Shown here: piece after piece, positions 36,466 through 44,807 of the stretch | How the letters are laid out: each line of letters opens with the position of its first letter | How positions within the stretch are numbered: the stretch's first letter is position 1 | From: a virus | Taxonomy: Duplodnaviria; Caudoviricetes | IMG/VR virus record: IMGVR_UViG_3300037692_000175 | Span: 1-51,690 of that record | DNA length: 51,690 nucleotides | Direction: 5' to 3' (one strand) | Position numbers and translations under genes: made by a program | The notes under the pieces: generated by a model | The model's input: the letters and a program-made list of their open reading frames with translations, nothing else | What the model was told of the DNA's origin: nothing | The model's database searches: none

Positions 36466-36491
36466 CTTATATCAAGTAACGATCACTATTT
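36466..36491 (-). promoter_or_regulatory. Putative phage-RNAP promoter motif, copy C
   Basis: - strand CAAAT-N16-TATAAGAA. Confidence 0.55.
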
Positions 36492-36501
36492 GCCCCCGTG
36501 A

Positions 36502-36531
36502 TTGACAGTCGATCTAACCCCCTGATACCCT
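36502..36531 (+). promoter_or_regulatory. sigma70-like promoter of the RNAP gene
   Basis: TTGACA, 18 nt, TACCCT with an extended -10 TG; AGGAG RBS before ATG 36557. Confidence 0.55.
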
Positions 36532-36556
36532 TCGCTCAACACATAGGAGTCCCACC

Positions 36557-39500
36557 ATGGCTCGACTAGATCCCGAAGAGGGTTTTAAGATCCTCAAAGA
36601 CCGGGTGGCAGAGTCTGTGAAGGAAGTCTTCCCCATCGAGGGCGCGAAGCACACGCTTCGGATAAAAGACGTTCGGATCAACGACAACAAAGACATCGAA
36701 GATCTGCGTTCGCAGAAGAAGGCCCGCATGGATGGGACCACTTGGTCCGTACCTGTCGAGGCCGACATGGAGCTCGTCGATACTAAGACGGGTGAAGTTG
36801 TCGATACGCGAACTCAAAGGATCATGAGTCTACCGAGGGTGACGAGTCGGTACTCCTACATCGTGGATGGTCATGAGTACCAGCTCGACAACCAGTGGCG
36901 ACTGAAGCCTGGTCCCTACTCCCGCGTCAACCAACGCGGTGAGTTCGAGACAATGTTCAACCTCAAGGGACGATCCAAGTTCGACGTGAACTTCGACCCT
37001 AAGACGGCTCAGTTTGTCCTCAAGAAAGACAACTCTCAGATCCCCCTCTACCCCATCCTTCGGGAAATGGGAGTGTCTGATGAGCAGCTCGAGAAGGGAT
37101 GGGGCAAGGACGTCCTTGACAAGAATCGAGTGAAGGATTCTGAGAAAGCGTTGGCCCAGTTCTACAGGGCAGGGAACAAGGCCAAGCCAGCCGACGTGAA
37201 AGAGGCTCGAGCATATCTCGAGGACTTCATGGCGGGCGCAAAAATGGATCCCGAAGTCGCGAAGCTGACCATCGGTGCGGCTCACGACACGGTCAAGGGC
37301 GACTCCATCTTGATGGCCTCCAACAAGCTGCTGGGTATCAGTCGTGGTGACCAAAAGCCTGATGCTCGAGACAGCCTGATGTTCAAGACCTTCCATTCCG
37401 CAGAGGATTTCATCGGGGAAGCCATCCGGGACAGGTCGAAGGAGATTGCTCGTCGTATTGGGAACAACTTGAACCGCAAGAAGAAGGTGGCCGACATCAT
37501 CGGCACCGATGTGTTCAATCGTCCCATTCAGCACATGTTCACCAAGACCACGTTGTCAAACAGCCCTGACCAGACCAACCCTCTAGAGATGGTCTCTGGC
37601 GCAATGAAGACGACCATCATGGGTGAGGGGGGCATCAAGAGCGAGCACAAGATCACTCAAGATGCGAAGCTCATCGATCCGAGCCATCTGGGATTTTTAG
37701 ATCCAATCCATACACCGGAAGGCGGGAAGACGGGTGTCACTCTTCATCTCCCCATGGGGGCCACGAAGAAGGGCAACAAGGTCACGGTGAAGATGTGGAG
37801 TGTCAAGACTGGGAAGATGGAGGATGTAGATCCCGCCGTCGCCTACCATTCCAACATTGTACTGCCCGACCAGGTGAGGTGGGACAAGGGAGTCCCAACG
37901 CCGATCAGCAAGAAGATCAAGTTCAGTGGCCCAGAGAACGACGTTGTAGAAGGAAAGCTAGCGGACGCCGACTACGTGATGGCGGCCCCTGCTCAGCTCT
38001 TTTCCGTCGCATCCAACTTGATCCCCTTCATGCAGAACACTTCTGCTAACCGTTCCACGATGGCTGGACGCCACATGGAGCAGGCCATTCCACTGAAGCA
38101 ACGCGAGAAGCCGCTGGTGGAGACGGTTATCTCGAGTGGGAAGAAGGAAACTAGCGTCGGTGAGTTCCTGGGCCGTATCAATGCGCACCGAGCTCCTGTA
38201 GCTGGGGAGGTCGTGAAGATCACCAGTGATGCCATCACTGTGAAGGGAGCAGACGGGAAGAGGAGAGAGGTTCAGATCTACGACAACTTCCCGCTGAACG
38301 ACGACAAAGGGTTCATGAACTCCGAGCCCACAGTGAAGGTGGGTGACAAGGTCAAGGCAGGCCAGAACATCGCAGACACCAACTTCACCAAGGACGGTGG
38401 GTTGGCTCTTGGTACGAACCTCCGCGCAGCCTACACAGCTTGGAAGGGGTATAACTTCGAGGACGGTGTGGTGATCAGCCAGACCGCCGCACAGAAGTTG
38501 ACCAGCGAGCATATGCATCGCAAGGGGGTAGATTTGACTCCCGAGCACAAGCTAGAGAAGAAGAGGTTCGTGGCAGAGTACGGTCATGAGCTGACCAAGG
38601 AACAGATGGAAAAGCTCGACGACAACGGTGTGATCAAGCCCGGCTCCATCGTCAAGCCTGGTGATGTGCTCGTGGCTGCTCTACGCAAGAGAGAACATAC
38701 GGATGAGACGAGGATGATGGCGCGGATGCACAAGTCTCTTGTTCGTCCGTACGACGACGTCTCTGTTCGATGGGAGGGAGATCATCCCGGTGTCGTGGCG
38801 AACATCGTCAATCGTGGTAAGCGAGCTGAGGTTCATGTCAAGACGGAGGAACCCGCAGAGATCGGCGATAAGCTGGCAGGTCGGCATGGTAACAAGGGCA
38901 TCATCACAAAGATCATACCAGATCATGAGATGCCTACGACCAAAGACGGACAGTCTACTCACATCTTGCTCAACCCCGCTGGTATCCCGGGGCGCCTCAA
39001 CTTAGGCCAGGTTCTGGAGACCTCTGCTGCAAAGATCGCAGAGAAGACGGGTAAGCAGTACCACACTCAGAACTTCGATGGTTCTGCGGATCAAACAGAC
39101 AAGCTCCGGAAGGATCTCGCAGACCACGGCATCGAGGACAAAGAAGACATCTTTGATCCCACGACTGGAAAGAAACTGGGACAGGTACTTGTCGGGCCAC
39201 AGTACATCCAGAAGCTCAAGCACCAGGTGGGGAAGAAGCTGATTGCGCGAGCGGGTGGTCCTGGCTATGCCTATGACGTCAATCGGATCCCGAAGGGTGG
39301 TGGTCCTCACGGAGCTCAGGCACTAGACACGCTGGGCGTCTACGCCATGCTGGCCCACGGAGCCAACGCCAACATCCGGGAAATGCAGACCTACAAGAGC
39401 AATGCAGAGAACAATGACGATCTCTGGTCTGCTATCCAGTCGGGTGAGCCTCTTCCTCCCCCACGTCCCTCTTTTGCCTACAACAAGTTCGTCGGCATGC

Positions 39501-42500
39501 TCAGGTCCATCGGAGTGAACACCGTCAAGGAGGGGAACTCCCTCCGTCTCCAGCCTCTCACAGACAAGCAAGTTCTAGAGATGAGCAACGGGGAGATCAA
39601 AGATGGTGGTCGCATGGTGGTCTCCAAGACGATGAAGGAAGAGAAAAATGGTATCTTCGATCCCACAATCACGGGGGGATTAAACGGGAACAAGTGGTCT
39701 CACATCAAGCTGCCCGAGCCTATGCCGAACCCAATGTTCGAGAAGGCCATCGTTGGTGTCACTGGTCTTGCACAGAAAGACTTCAATGCCTTGATGGACG
39801 GGAGCAAGGGGTACGACCCGGCCACCAAGACGCTGGTAGATCCAGAGAAGGGCATTCCCGGAAACAAGGCTGTCCAACAGCTCTTGAAGAGCGTGGACGT
39901 GAAGAAAGATCTGTCCGCCGCTGAAGAGCAGCTCAAGAACCCCAAGCTGAAGGGGACCGAGCTAAACAAGGTCCACGGTCGAGTCAAGTACCTGCGAGCT
40001 CTGGACAAGCTTGGCATGTCCCCTGATGAAGCCTACATGCAGCGTCATGTGGCGGTGACCCCACCAGTCATGCGACCCATGTCGGTCAGCCCAAATGGGA
40101 ACTTGATCGAAGACGATGCTAATCATTTGTACAAAGGTCTGTCGTTGATCTCCCAGCAGCTCCAGGGGGCCTCGAAGGCTCTGCCGGATGACATGCACAA
40201 CGACAAGCGTGCTGCTATCTACGAGGCTCTCCAATCCATGGCTGGTCTGGGTGGCAGTGGGAACGCCAAGTTCAGAGGGGTGCTGGACGTCATTAGAGGG
40301 AAAACCATCGATGCTGCTGGCAACAAGTCTGGTAGCCCCCGAGACGGATTTTTCCAGTCCAAGCTGATCAAACGAAAGCAGGACTTCTCCATGCGGTCCA
40401 CTATCATTCCAGAGCCAGAGCTTGGGTTGGATCAAGTGGGTATTCCGCGCAAAGCAGCCATGGAGTTGTACAAGCCCTTCGTGGTGCAGGAGATGCGTGG
40501 GTTCGCACAGATGTCTCCTCTGAAGGCGCAACAGGCCATCAAGGATGGTGATCCACTAGCCATGCGTGCACTGGAGAGAGTGGTGTCACAGCGCCCGTTG
40601 CTGCTGAAGAGAGATCCGGTTCTGCACAAGTATGGCGTGCAGGCGTTCCAACCGGTGCTCACGGGCGGAAAGGCGATGAAGATCCATCCGCTTGTCACCA
40701 GTGGGTACAATGCTGATTTCGATGGCGATGCGATGTCCGCCTTTGTTCCTTTGTCATCGGAGGCTATTGAAGAAGCGAAGAAGATGTTCCCGTCGAACAA
40801 CCTCTTTGCTCCCGCCACTGGGAAGATCATGTACGCCCCGACTCATGAGAGTCAGTTGGGCATCTACACGTTGACCCAGGCCGGGAAGAACTCGAGTAAG
40901 ACCTTCGCCAACATTGGAGAAGCCGCCAAGGCTGCCCAAGAGGGCACAATCGGAATGACGGACATTGTTCGCATCGGATCTAGTAGGACTTCCGTTGGTC
41001 GCTCACTAGTAGCACAGGCGCTGCCTTCCGGCATGAGAGCTGATGTGTTGGCAGGAAAGATGACGTTGGATGGGGATGGACAGAAAGCCCTTCTGACGCG
41101 CATTGGAAAAGAGCACAAGAACGACTACGGAGAGATCGTAAATAAGTTGAAGGATCTTGGAAACGCACACGCGACGAGTGCTCCCGTCTCTATTGGTCTT
41201 GAAGATATCTCTGCGGACAAAACGGAGAGAAACAGGATCCTTCGTGCAGCGGACAAGCGAGTAGCCGCTATCAATAGTGGCACTGGCAAAGAGTCTGACA
41301 AGACAAAGAGAGTTGTGACCACATACGATCGCGCAGCAGAAGAGATGATCAGGTCTGTGAAGGCCACTCATCTTGGAAAGCCTAGTTCGTTGGTCACCAT
41401 GATGAAGGCTGGCGTCAAACCAAACATGGATGCGTATCGTCAGATCAAGATGGCTCCTATGCTGATGATGAACGCCAAGGGAGAAGTCATCCCTCACCCT
41501 GTTCGCAGATCCTACTCGGAAGGTCTAGATCTTGGCGACTACTGGACGCAGATGTCTGGGGCTCGAAAGGGTATTGTTCAGAAGGTCCAGTCAGTCCAGG
41601 AGCCGGGGTATCTCACTAAGCAGGTCATGAACTCCGTGATGAGCAACGCCATTGCCGAAGCAGACTGTGGTACCTCCAAGGGTATCAGTCTGCCTGTGGA
41701 TGAGAAGGACATCATGGATCGATACTTAGCTTCACCCGTCAAGGCTGGGAAGCAGACCTTCCCGGCAGGCACATTGATCACTCCAGGTGTTCGAGACAGC
41801 CTACGTAACAATAAGGTCGGCCGGGTCGTCGTTCGATCTCCCTTGCGATGTGAGCACGGCACAGGCATGTGTGCCAAGTGCTATGGTCTAGACGAAGAGG
41901 GGAAAGATCCTCCCACCGGCATGAACGTTGGCATCATCAGTGGGCAGGCGATCGGTGAGCGTGCCACGCAGCTATCGATGCGTACCTTCCATTCAGGTGG
42001 TACGGCTCCTGTTGGGGCTGCTGGTCGAGCCAATGCCCGCCTCACCGATGACTTTCGTCGCGTTCAAGAGCTCGTGCAGATGTACGGAAAGGTTCCGAAT
42101 TCAGCCACGCTGAGCACTGTGTCTGGTGCAGTCACCGCCATCAAGCCCAACTCGTCTGGTGGTATGGACGTGACGATCGGAGACAAGACCCACTACGTTC
42201 CTCAGAGTCGCGGAGAGCCTTCCATCAATGTTGGGGGACGGAACGTGAGGCTGAGGAAGGGCATGACGGTGACGAAGGGATCTCCCATTTCTGGTGGCCC
42301 CGTCAATCCACATGAGATGCTTCCCTTGGCGGGCATCAACAAGGTACAAGGGTACTTGTCCGGTCAACTCTACGACTTGTACAAGGGCGAGGGCATCCGG
42401 AGAAGAAACGTGGAGACCGTGGTCAAGAGCCTCACGAATCTCACGCATGTGAACGATCCAGGAGACCACGACGAGTACATCCGTGGTGACTTCGCCCCTA

Positions 42501-42757
42501 CCTCCTATGTGCAGGCCACCAACAAGAAGCTGATCGCAGCGGGGAAACAGCCGATTCGTCACGCCCCTGTTCTGAAGGGTGTCAAGACCTTACCTCTGGA
42601 CGTACAGACGGATTGGCTGGCAAGATTGAACCATGAGCGTCAGAATGAAACGATCATTGACGCAGCGTCCAAGGGATGGACAAGCAACATTCACGGAGCG
42701 CACCCGATTCCAGCGATGGCCTACGGTGCTGAGTTCGGGCGGAAGAAGCCTTACTAA
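36557..42757 (+). CDS. rpoBC: Single-polypeptide two-barrel RNA polymerase (fused beta-beta')
   Basis: beta motifs DQTNPL, TPEG, GYNFED, GDKLAGRHGNKG, NPAGIPGRLNLGQ, KLKHQ; beta' motifs RSTI.P, LLKRDPVLH, catalytic YNADFDGD (40706-40729), GARKG...GYLT, RSPLRC...CAKCYG, AIGERATQLSMRTFHSGG. Confidence 0.97.
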   Translation: MARLDPEEGFKILKDRVAESVKEVFPIEGAKHTLRIKDVRINDNKDIEDLRSQKKARMDGTTWSVPVEADMELVDTKTGEVVDTRTQRIMSLPRVTSRYSYIVDGHEYQLDNQWRLKPGPYSRVNQRGEFETMFNLKGRSKFDVNFDPKTAQFVLKKDNSQIPLYPILREMGVSDEQLEKGWGKDVLDKNRVKDSEKALAQFYRAGNKAKPADVKEARAYLEDFMAGAKMDPEVAKLTIGAAHDTVKGDSILMASNKLLGISRGDQKPDARDSLMFKTFHSAEDFIGEAIRDRSKEIARRIGNNLNRKKKVADIIGTDVFNRPIQHMFTKTTLSNSPDQTNPLEMVSGAMKTTIMGEGGIKSEHKITQDAKLIDPSHLGFLDPIHTPEGGKTGVTLHLPMGATKKGNKVTVKMWSVKTGKMEDVDPAVAYHSNIVLPDQVRWDKGVPTPISKKIKFSGPENDVVEGKLADADYVMAAPAQLFSVASNLIPFMQNTSANRSTMAGRHMEQAIPLKQREKPLVETVISSGKKETSVGEFLGRINAHRAPVAGEVVKITSDAITVKGADGKRREVQIYDNFPLNDDKGFMNSEPTVKVGDKVKAGQNIADTNFTKDGGLALGTNLRAAYTAWKGYNFEDGVVISQTAAQKLTSEHMHRKGVDLTPEHKLEKKRFVAEYGHELTKEQMEKLDDNGVIKPGSIVKPGDVLVAALRKREHTDETRMMARMHKSLVRPYDDVSVRWEGDHPGVVANIVNRGKRAEVHVKTEEPAEIGDKLAGRHGNKGIITKIIPDHEMPTTKDGQSTHILLNPAGIPGRLNLGQVLETSAAKIAEKTGKQYHTQNFDGSADQTDKLRKDLADHGIEDKEDIFDPTTGKKLGQVLVGPQYIQKLKHQVGKKLIARAGGPGYAYDVNRIPKGGGPHGAQALDTLGVYAMLAHGANANIREMQTYKSNAENNDDLWSAIQSGEPLPPPRPSFAYNKFVGMLRSIGVNTVKEGNSLRLQPLTDKQVLEMSNGEIKDGGRMVVSKTMKEEKNGIFDPTITGGLNGNKWSHIKLPEPMPNPMFEKAIVGVTGLAQKDFNALMDGSKGYDPATKTLVDPEKGIPGNKAVQQLLKSVDVKKDLSAAEEQLKNPKLKGTELNKVHGRVKYLRALDKLGMSPDEAYMQRHVAVTPPVMRPMSVSPNGNLIEDDANHLYKGLSLISQQLQGASKALPDDMHNDKRAAIYEALQSMAGLGGSGNAKFRGVLDVIRGKTIDAAGNKSGSPRDGFFQSKLIKRKQDFSMRSTIIPEPELGLDQVGIPRKAAMELYKPFVVQEMRGFAQMSPLKAQQAIKDGDPLAMRALERVVSQRPLLLKRDPVLHKYGVQAFQPVLTGGKAMKIHPLVTSGYNADFDGDAMSAFVPLSSEAIEEAKKMFPSNNLFAPATGKIMYAPTHESQLGIYTLTQAGKNSSKTFANIGEAAKAAQEGTIGMTDIVRIGSSRTSVGRSLVAQALPSGMRADVLAGKMTLDGDGQKALLTRIGKEHKNDYGEIVNKLKDLGNAHATSAPVSIGLEDISADKTERNRILRAADKRVAAINSGTGKESDKTKRVVTTYDRAAEEMIRSVKATHLGKPSSLVTMMKAGVKPNMDAYRQIKMAPMLMMNAKGEVIPHPVRRSYSEGLDLGDYWTQMSGARKGIVQKVQSVQEPGYLTKQVMNSVMSNAIAEADCGTSKGISLPVDEKDIMDRYLASPVKAGKQTFPAGTLITPGVRDSLRNNKVGRVVVRSPLRCEHGTGMCAKCYGLDEEGKDPPTGMNVGIISGQAIGERATQLSMRTFHSGGTAPVGAAGRANARLTDDFRRVQELVQMYGKVPNSATLSTVSGAVTAIKPNSSGGMDVTIGDKTHYVPQSRGEPSINVGGRNVRLRKGMTVTKGSPISGGPVNPHEMLPLAGINKVQGYLSGQLYDLYKGEGIRRRNVETVVKSLTNLTHVNDPGDHDEYIRGDFAPTSYVQATNKKLIAAGKQPIRHAPVLKGVKTLPLDVQTDWLARLNHERQNETIIDAASKGWTSNIHGAHPIPAMAYGAEFGRKKPY

Positions 42758-42766
42758 GAGGAACAG

Positions 42767-43183
42767 ATGGACAACGAAACCTACATGACGAAGATGGCAT
42801 CAGCTTTCCTTGCTGAACTCAGCGAGATCGAGAAGCAAGGGTTCAACCCCATGGGCGTCATCAGGGGTGTCGGAACTTTTTTGGGTAAGGGCGCTCGGCA
42901 CATCAAGAGTGCTGTTACGCAAAAGACTCCCATGGGTATGACAACAGCGGGAGGTATCACTCGACGCATTGGTGGTGAGGGTGCGGTGGCGGCCGGTGGT
43001 ATCGGCAGCCACATCAAGCAGATCTACCAGCGTGGTGCAAAGGCCATGGAAGGTCCCTTGCGGCCCGGTCAGTCTGCTGGTGGAGGCGTCCTGGGAGGCT
43101 TGAAGCAAGTCGCTGGGTCTCGCTATGGGCGCATGGCTGCAGTGGGGGCAATCCCTGTGGCGGGCGCGTACGCCCTTAGCTAA
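42767..43183 (+). CDS. Gly-rich basic protein with FLAELSEIEKQG leader
   Basis: 138 aa; variant of the shared leader (also TKMAS); hydrophobic C-terminus. Confidence 0.65.
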   Translation: MDNETYMTKMASAFLAELSEIEKQGFNPMGVIRGVGTFLGKGARHIKSAVTQKTPMGMTTAGGITRRIGGEGAVAAGGIGSHIKQIYQRGAKAMEGPLRPGQSAGGGVLGGLKQVAGSRYGRMAAVGAIPVAGAYALS

Positions 43184-44391
43184 TGACGGTAGCCGAAGCA
43201 CAGACAGACAATTCCCCGACCAAGTCTGATTTCGATTCTGCGTGGATCGAGAAGGGAACTGTGTCGGATGTTGATCTGAAGAACTGGACTGTGGATGTCG
43301 TCTCCGAGTACACGGGGAAGGTGTGGCCACAGCTTCAGGTCGTCACCCCCTATTTCCACACGAACAATGGCGAAGGCATCTTCGCCATGCCAGAGATAGG
43401 TGCATGTTGTCTTGTCTGTCTGCCGTCTGACGATGAGACACCTTACATCCTTGGGTTCATCGGATCGTTCGAGCTAGAGAATGCTCAGACGGCAAACCTC
43501 GAAGACAAGGTAGGTGAGGTCGTCAACGAGACTGAGGAGCTGGTTGCTCCCAAGAGTTCTACTTCTCCCGGTGGGGCAGAAGCAACTTCTGCCAGTGCTT
43601 CTGCTCGAGCCGGTAGACCCTACCTCAACCCTGGCGACATCATGATCAGGACCAGAGACCAGAACTTCCTGGTCCTACGTCGTGGCGGGGTTGTTCAGAT
43701 TGGTGCCACCCCTACCTGTCAGACCATCTACGTTCCGATCCTCAACCACCTCCGCCAGTTCGCAGAGAATTTCGAGACAAGTACGCCGGGCGGGCTACTG
43801 ACCTGGAGTGTCAATAGGGTAGAGAATGATCCAGGTGGGGAGGCTCCCTGTTTGTATCGTCTGTCTCTCCGTGACAAGGCGCAGAATGAAAAAGCAGATG
43901 TACAGATCCGGATGGGTCATGTTGACGACTCTGTTCGATACGAGCTCGAGGTGGCCCCTGTCGGGGTGAACGTCAACGATGGAAAGGTCACAGGGAGCAA
44001 AGCTAAGATCACTGTAGATGTAGGGGGCAACCAGTCGGTCACGCTATCTGGATCTATGACGCAGACCATCGGGCAGAACAAGACTGTGGTGGTCCAAGGT
44101 AATGAGAGCGTCCAGGTATCGGGGTCTCAGTCGGTCAAGGCTGCATCTCAAACCGTGGAGATCAGCGGGGCGCATAGCCTGAAAGCTTCTGTTAGCTCAG
44201 AAGACATCAGCGGTCTCAAGACGATCAGGGCGGCTACTGTATCTCTTGGTAAGGTTCCCGTCCCTGCTGTCATTGGTCCAGCGTTGGTGGCTTGGCTGGC
44301 ATCACACACTCACGCCGCCCCGCTCACTCCTCCCAATGAGGTAGGCACTCTTTCCGCTGTTCTGTCGAAGACAGTGTTGGTGTCAGGATGA
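43183..44391 (+). CDS. Baseplate spike protein (gpV/gp5-like)
   Basis: N-terminal OB-like region (G.V..VD...MPEIG...LV...PYILG), C-terminal beta-repeat (V.GN.SV..SG) and terminal SHTH motif. Confidence 0.75.
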   Translation: MTVAEAQTDNSPTKSDFDSAWIEKGTVSDVDLKNWTVDVVSEYTGKVWPQLQVVTPYFHTNNGEGIFAMPEIGACCLVCLPSDDETPYILGFIGSFELENAQTANLEDKVGEVVNETEELVAPKSSTSPGGAEATSASASARAGRPYLNPGDIMIRTRDQNFLVLRRGGVVQIGATPTCQTIYVPILNHLRQFAENFETSTPGGLLTWSVNRVENDPGGEAPCLYRLSLRDKAQNEKADVQIRMGHVDDSVRYELEVAPVGVNVNDGKVTGSKAKITVDVGGNQSVTLSGSMTQTIGQNKTVVVQGNESVQVSGSQSVKAASQTVEISGAHSLKASVSSEDISGLKTIRAATVSLGKVPVPAVIGPALVAWLASHTHAAPLTPPNEVGTLSAVLSKTVLVSG

Positions 44392-44723
44392 GGATCAGCA
44401 AGAAAGCAATAGAGAAGCTTCTGAAGAGGCATCTCATGGAGTTGGTACCCACTGCCGTCAACATTCCGAAGAAGGCATCTACCTCTGTAGTGAACGGTAA
44501 GACGCAGGTGATCTACGAGCGGGGCGACGTGTACATGTCCGAGCAGGAAGCCGCTGCCATCTCCTCCTCAGTAGCAGAAGCGCTGGAGCAGGAATTGGTC
44601 ACTCGGATAGAGGACGTGATCGTCGCCAAAGTCAACGAGGTAGTCCAGCAGTACAATCAGCTTTTGGCTGATGTCGAGGTATCCATATCCACGACGGCTG
44701 TCCCTATCCTGGGGATAGACTAA
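44388..44723 (+). CDS. Hypothetical protein
   Basis: 111 aa; ATGA overlap with the spike gene. Confidence 0.65.
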   Translation: MRISKKAIEKLLKRHLMELVPTAVNIPKKASTSVVNGKTQVIYERGDVYMSEQEAAAISSSVAEALEQELVTRIEDVIVAKVNEVVQQYNQLLADVEVSISTTAVPILGID

Positions 44724-44757
44724 GTGCCGAGTGGCGTAGGTGAACAAGTCTGATCTG

Positions 44758-44786
44758 GTGACAAACCAGTTTCATCCATGTAGACT
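44758..44786 (+). promoter_or_regulatory. sigma70-like promoter
   Basis: GTGACA, 17 nt, TAGACT; AGGAG RBS before 44808. Confidence 0.55.
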
Positions 44787-44807
44787 CCGCTGTAGGAGAT
44801 AAAGACG

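Noticed and set aside
36557-42757. Host chromosomal rpoBC fusion (as in Helicobacter or Wolbachia)
   Set aside because: Much shorter than cellular fusions, flanked by portal and baseplate genes, with no ribosomal protein genes nearby
43176-43185. TTAGCTAA at the end of the 138-aa gene as another terminator copy
   Set aside because: No adjacent hairpin; it is a stop-start junction
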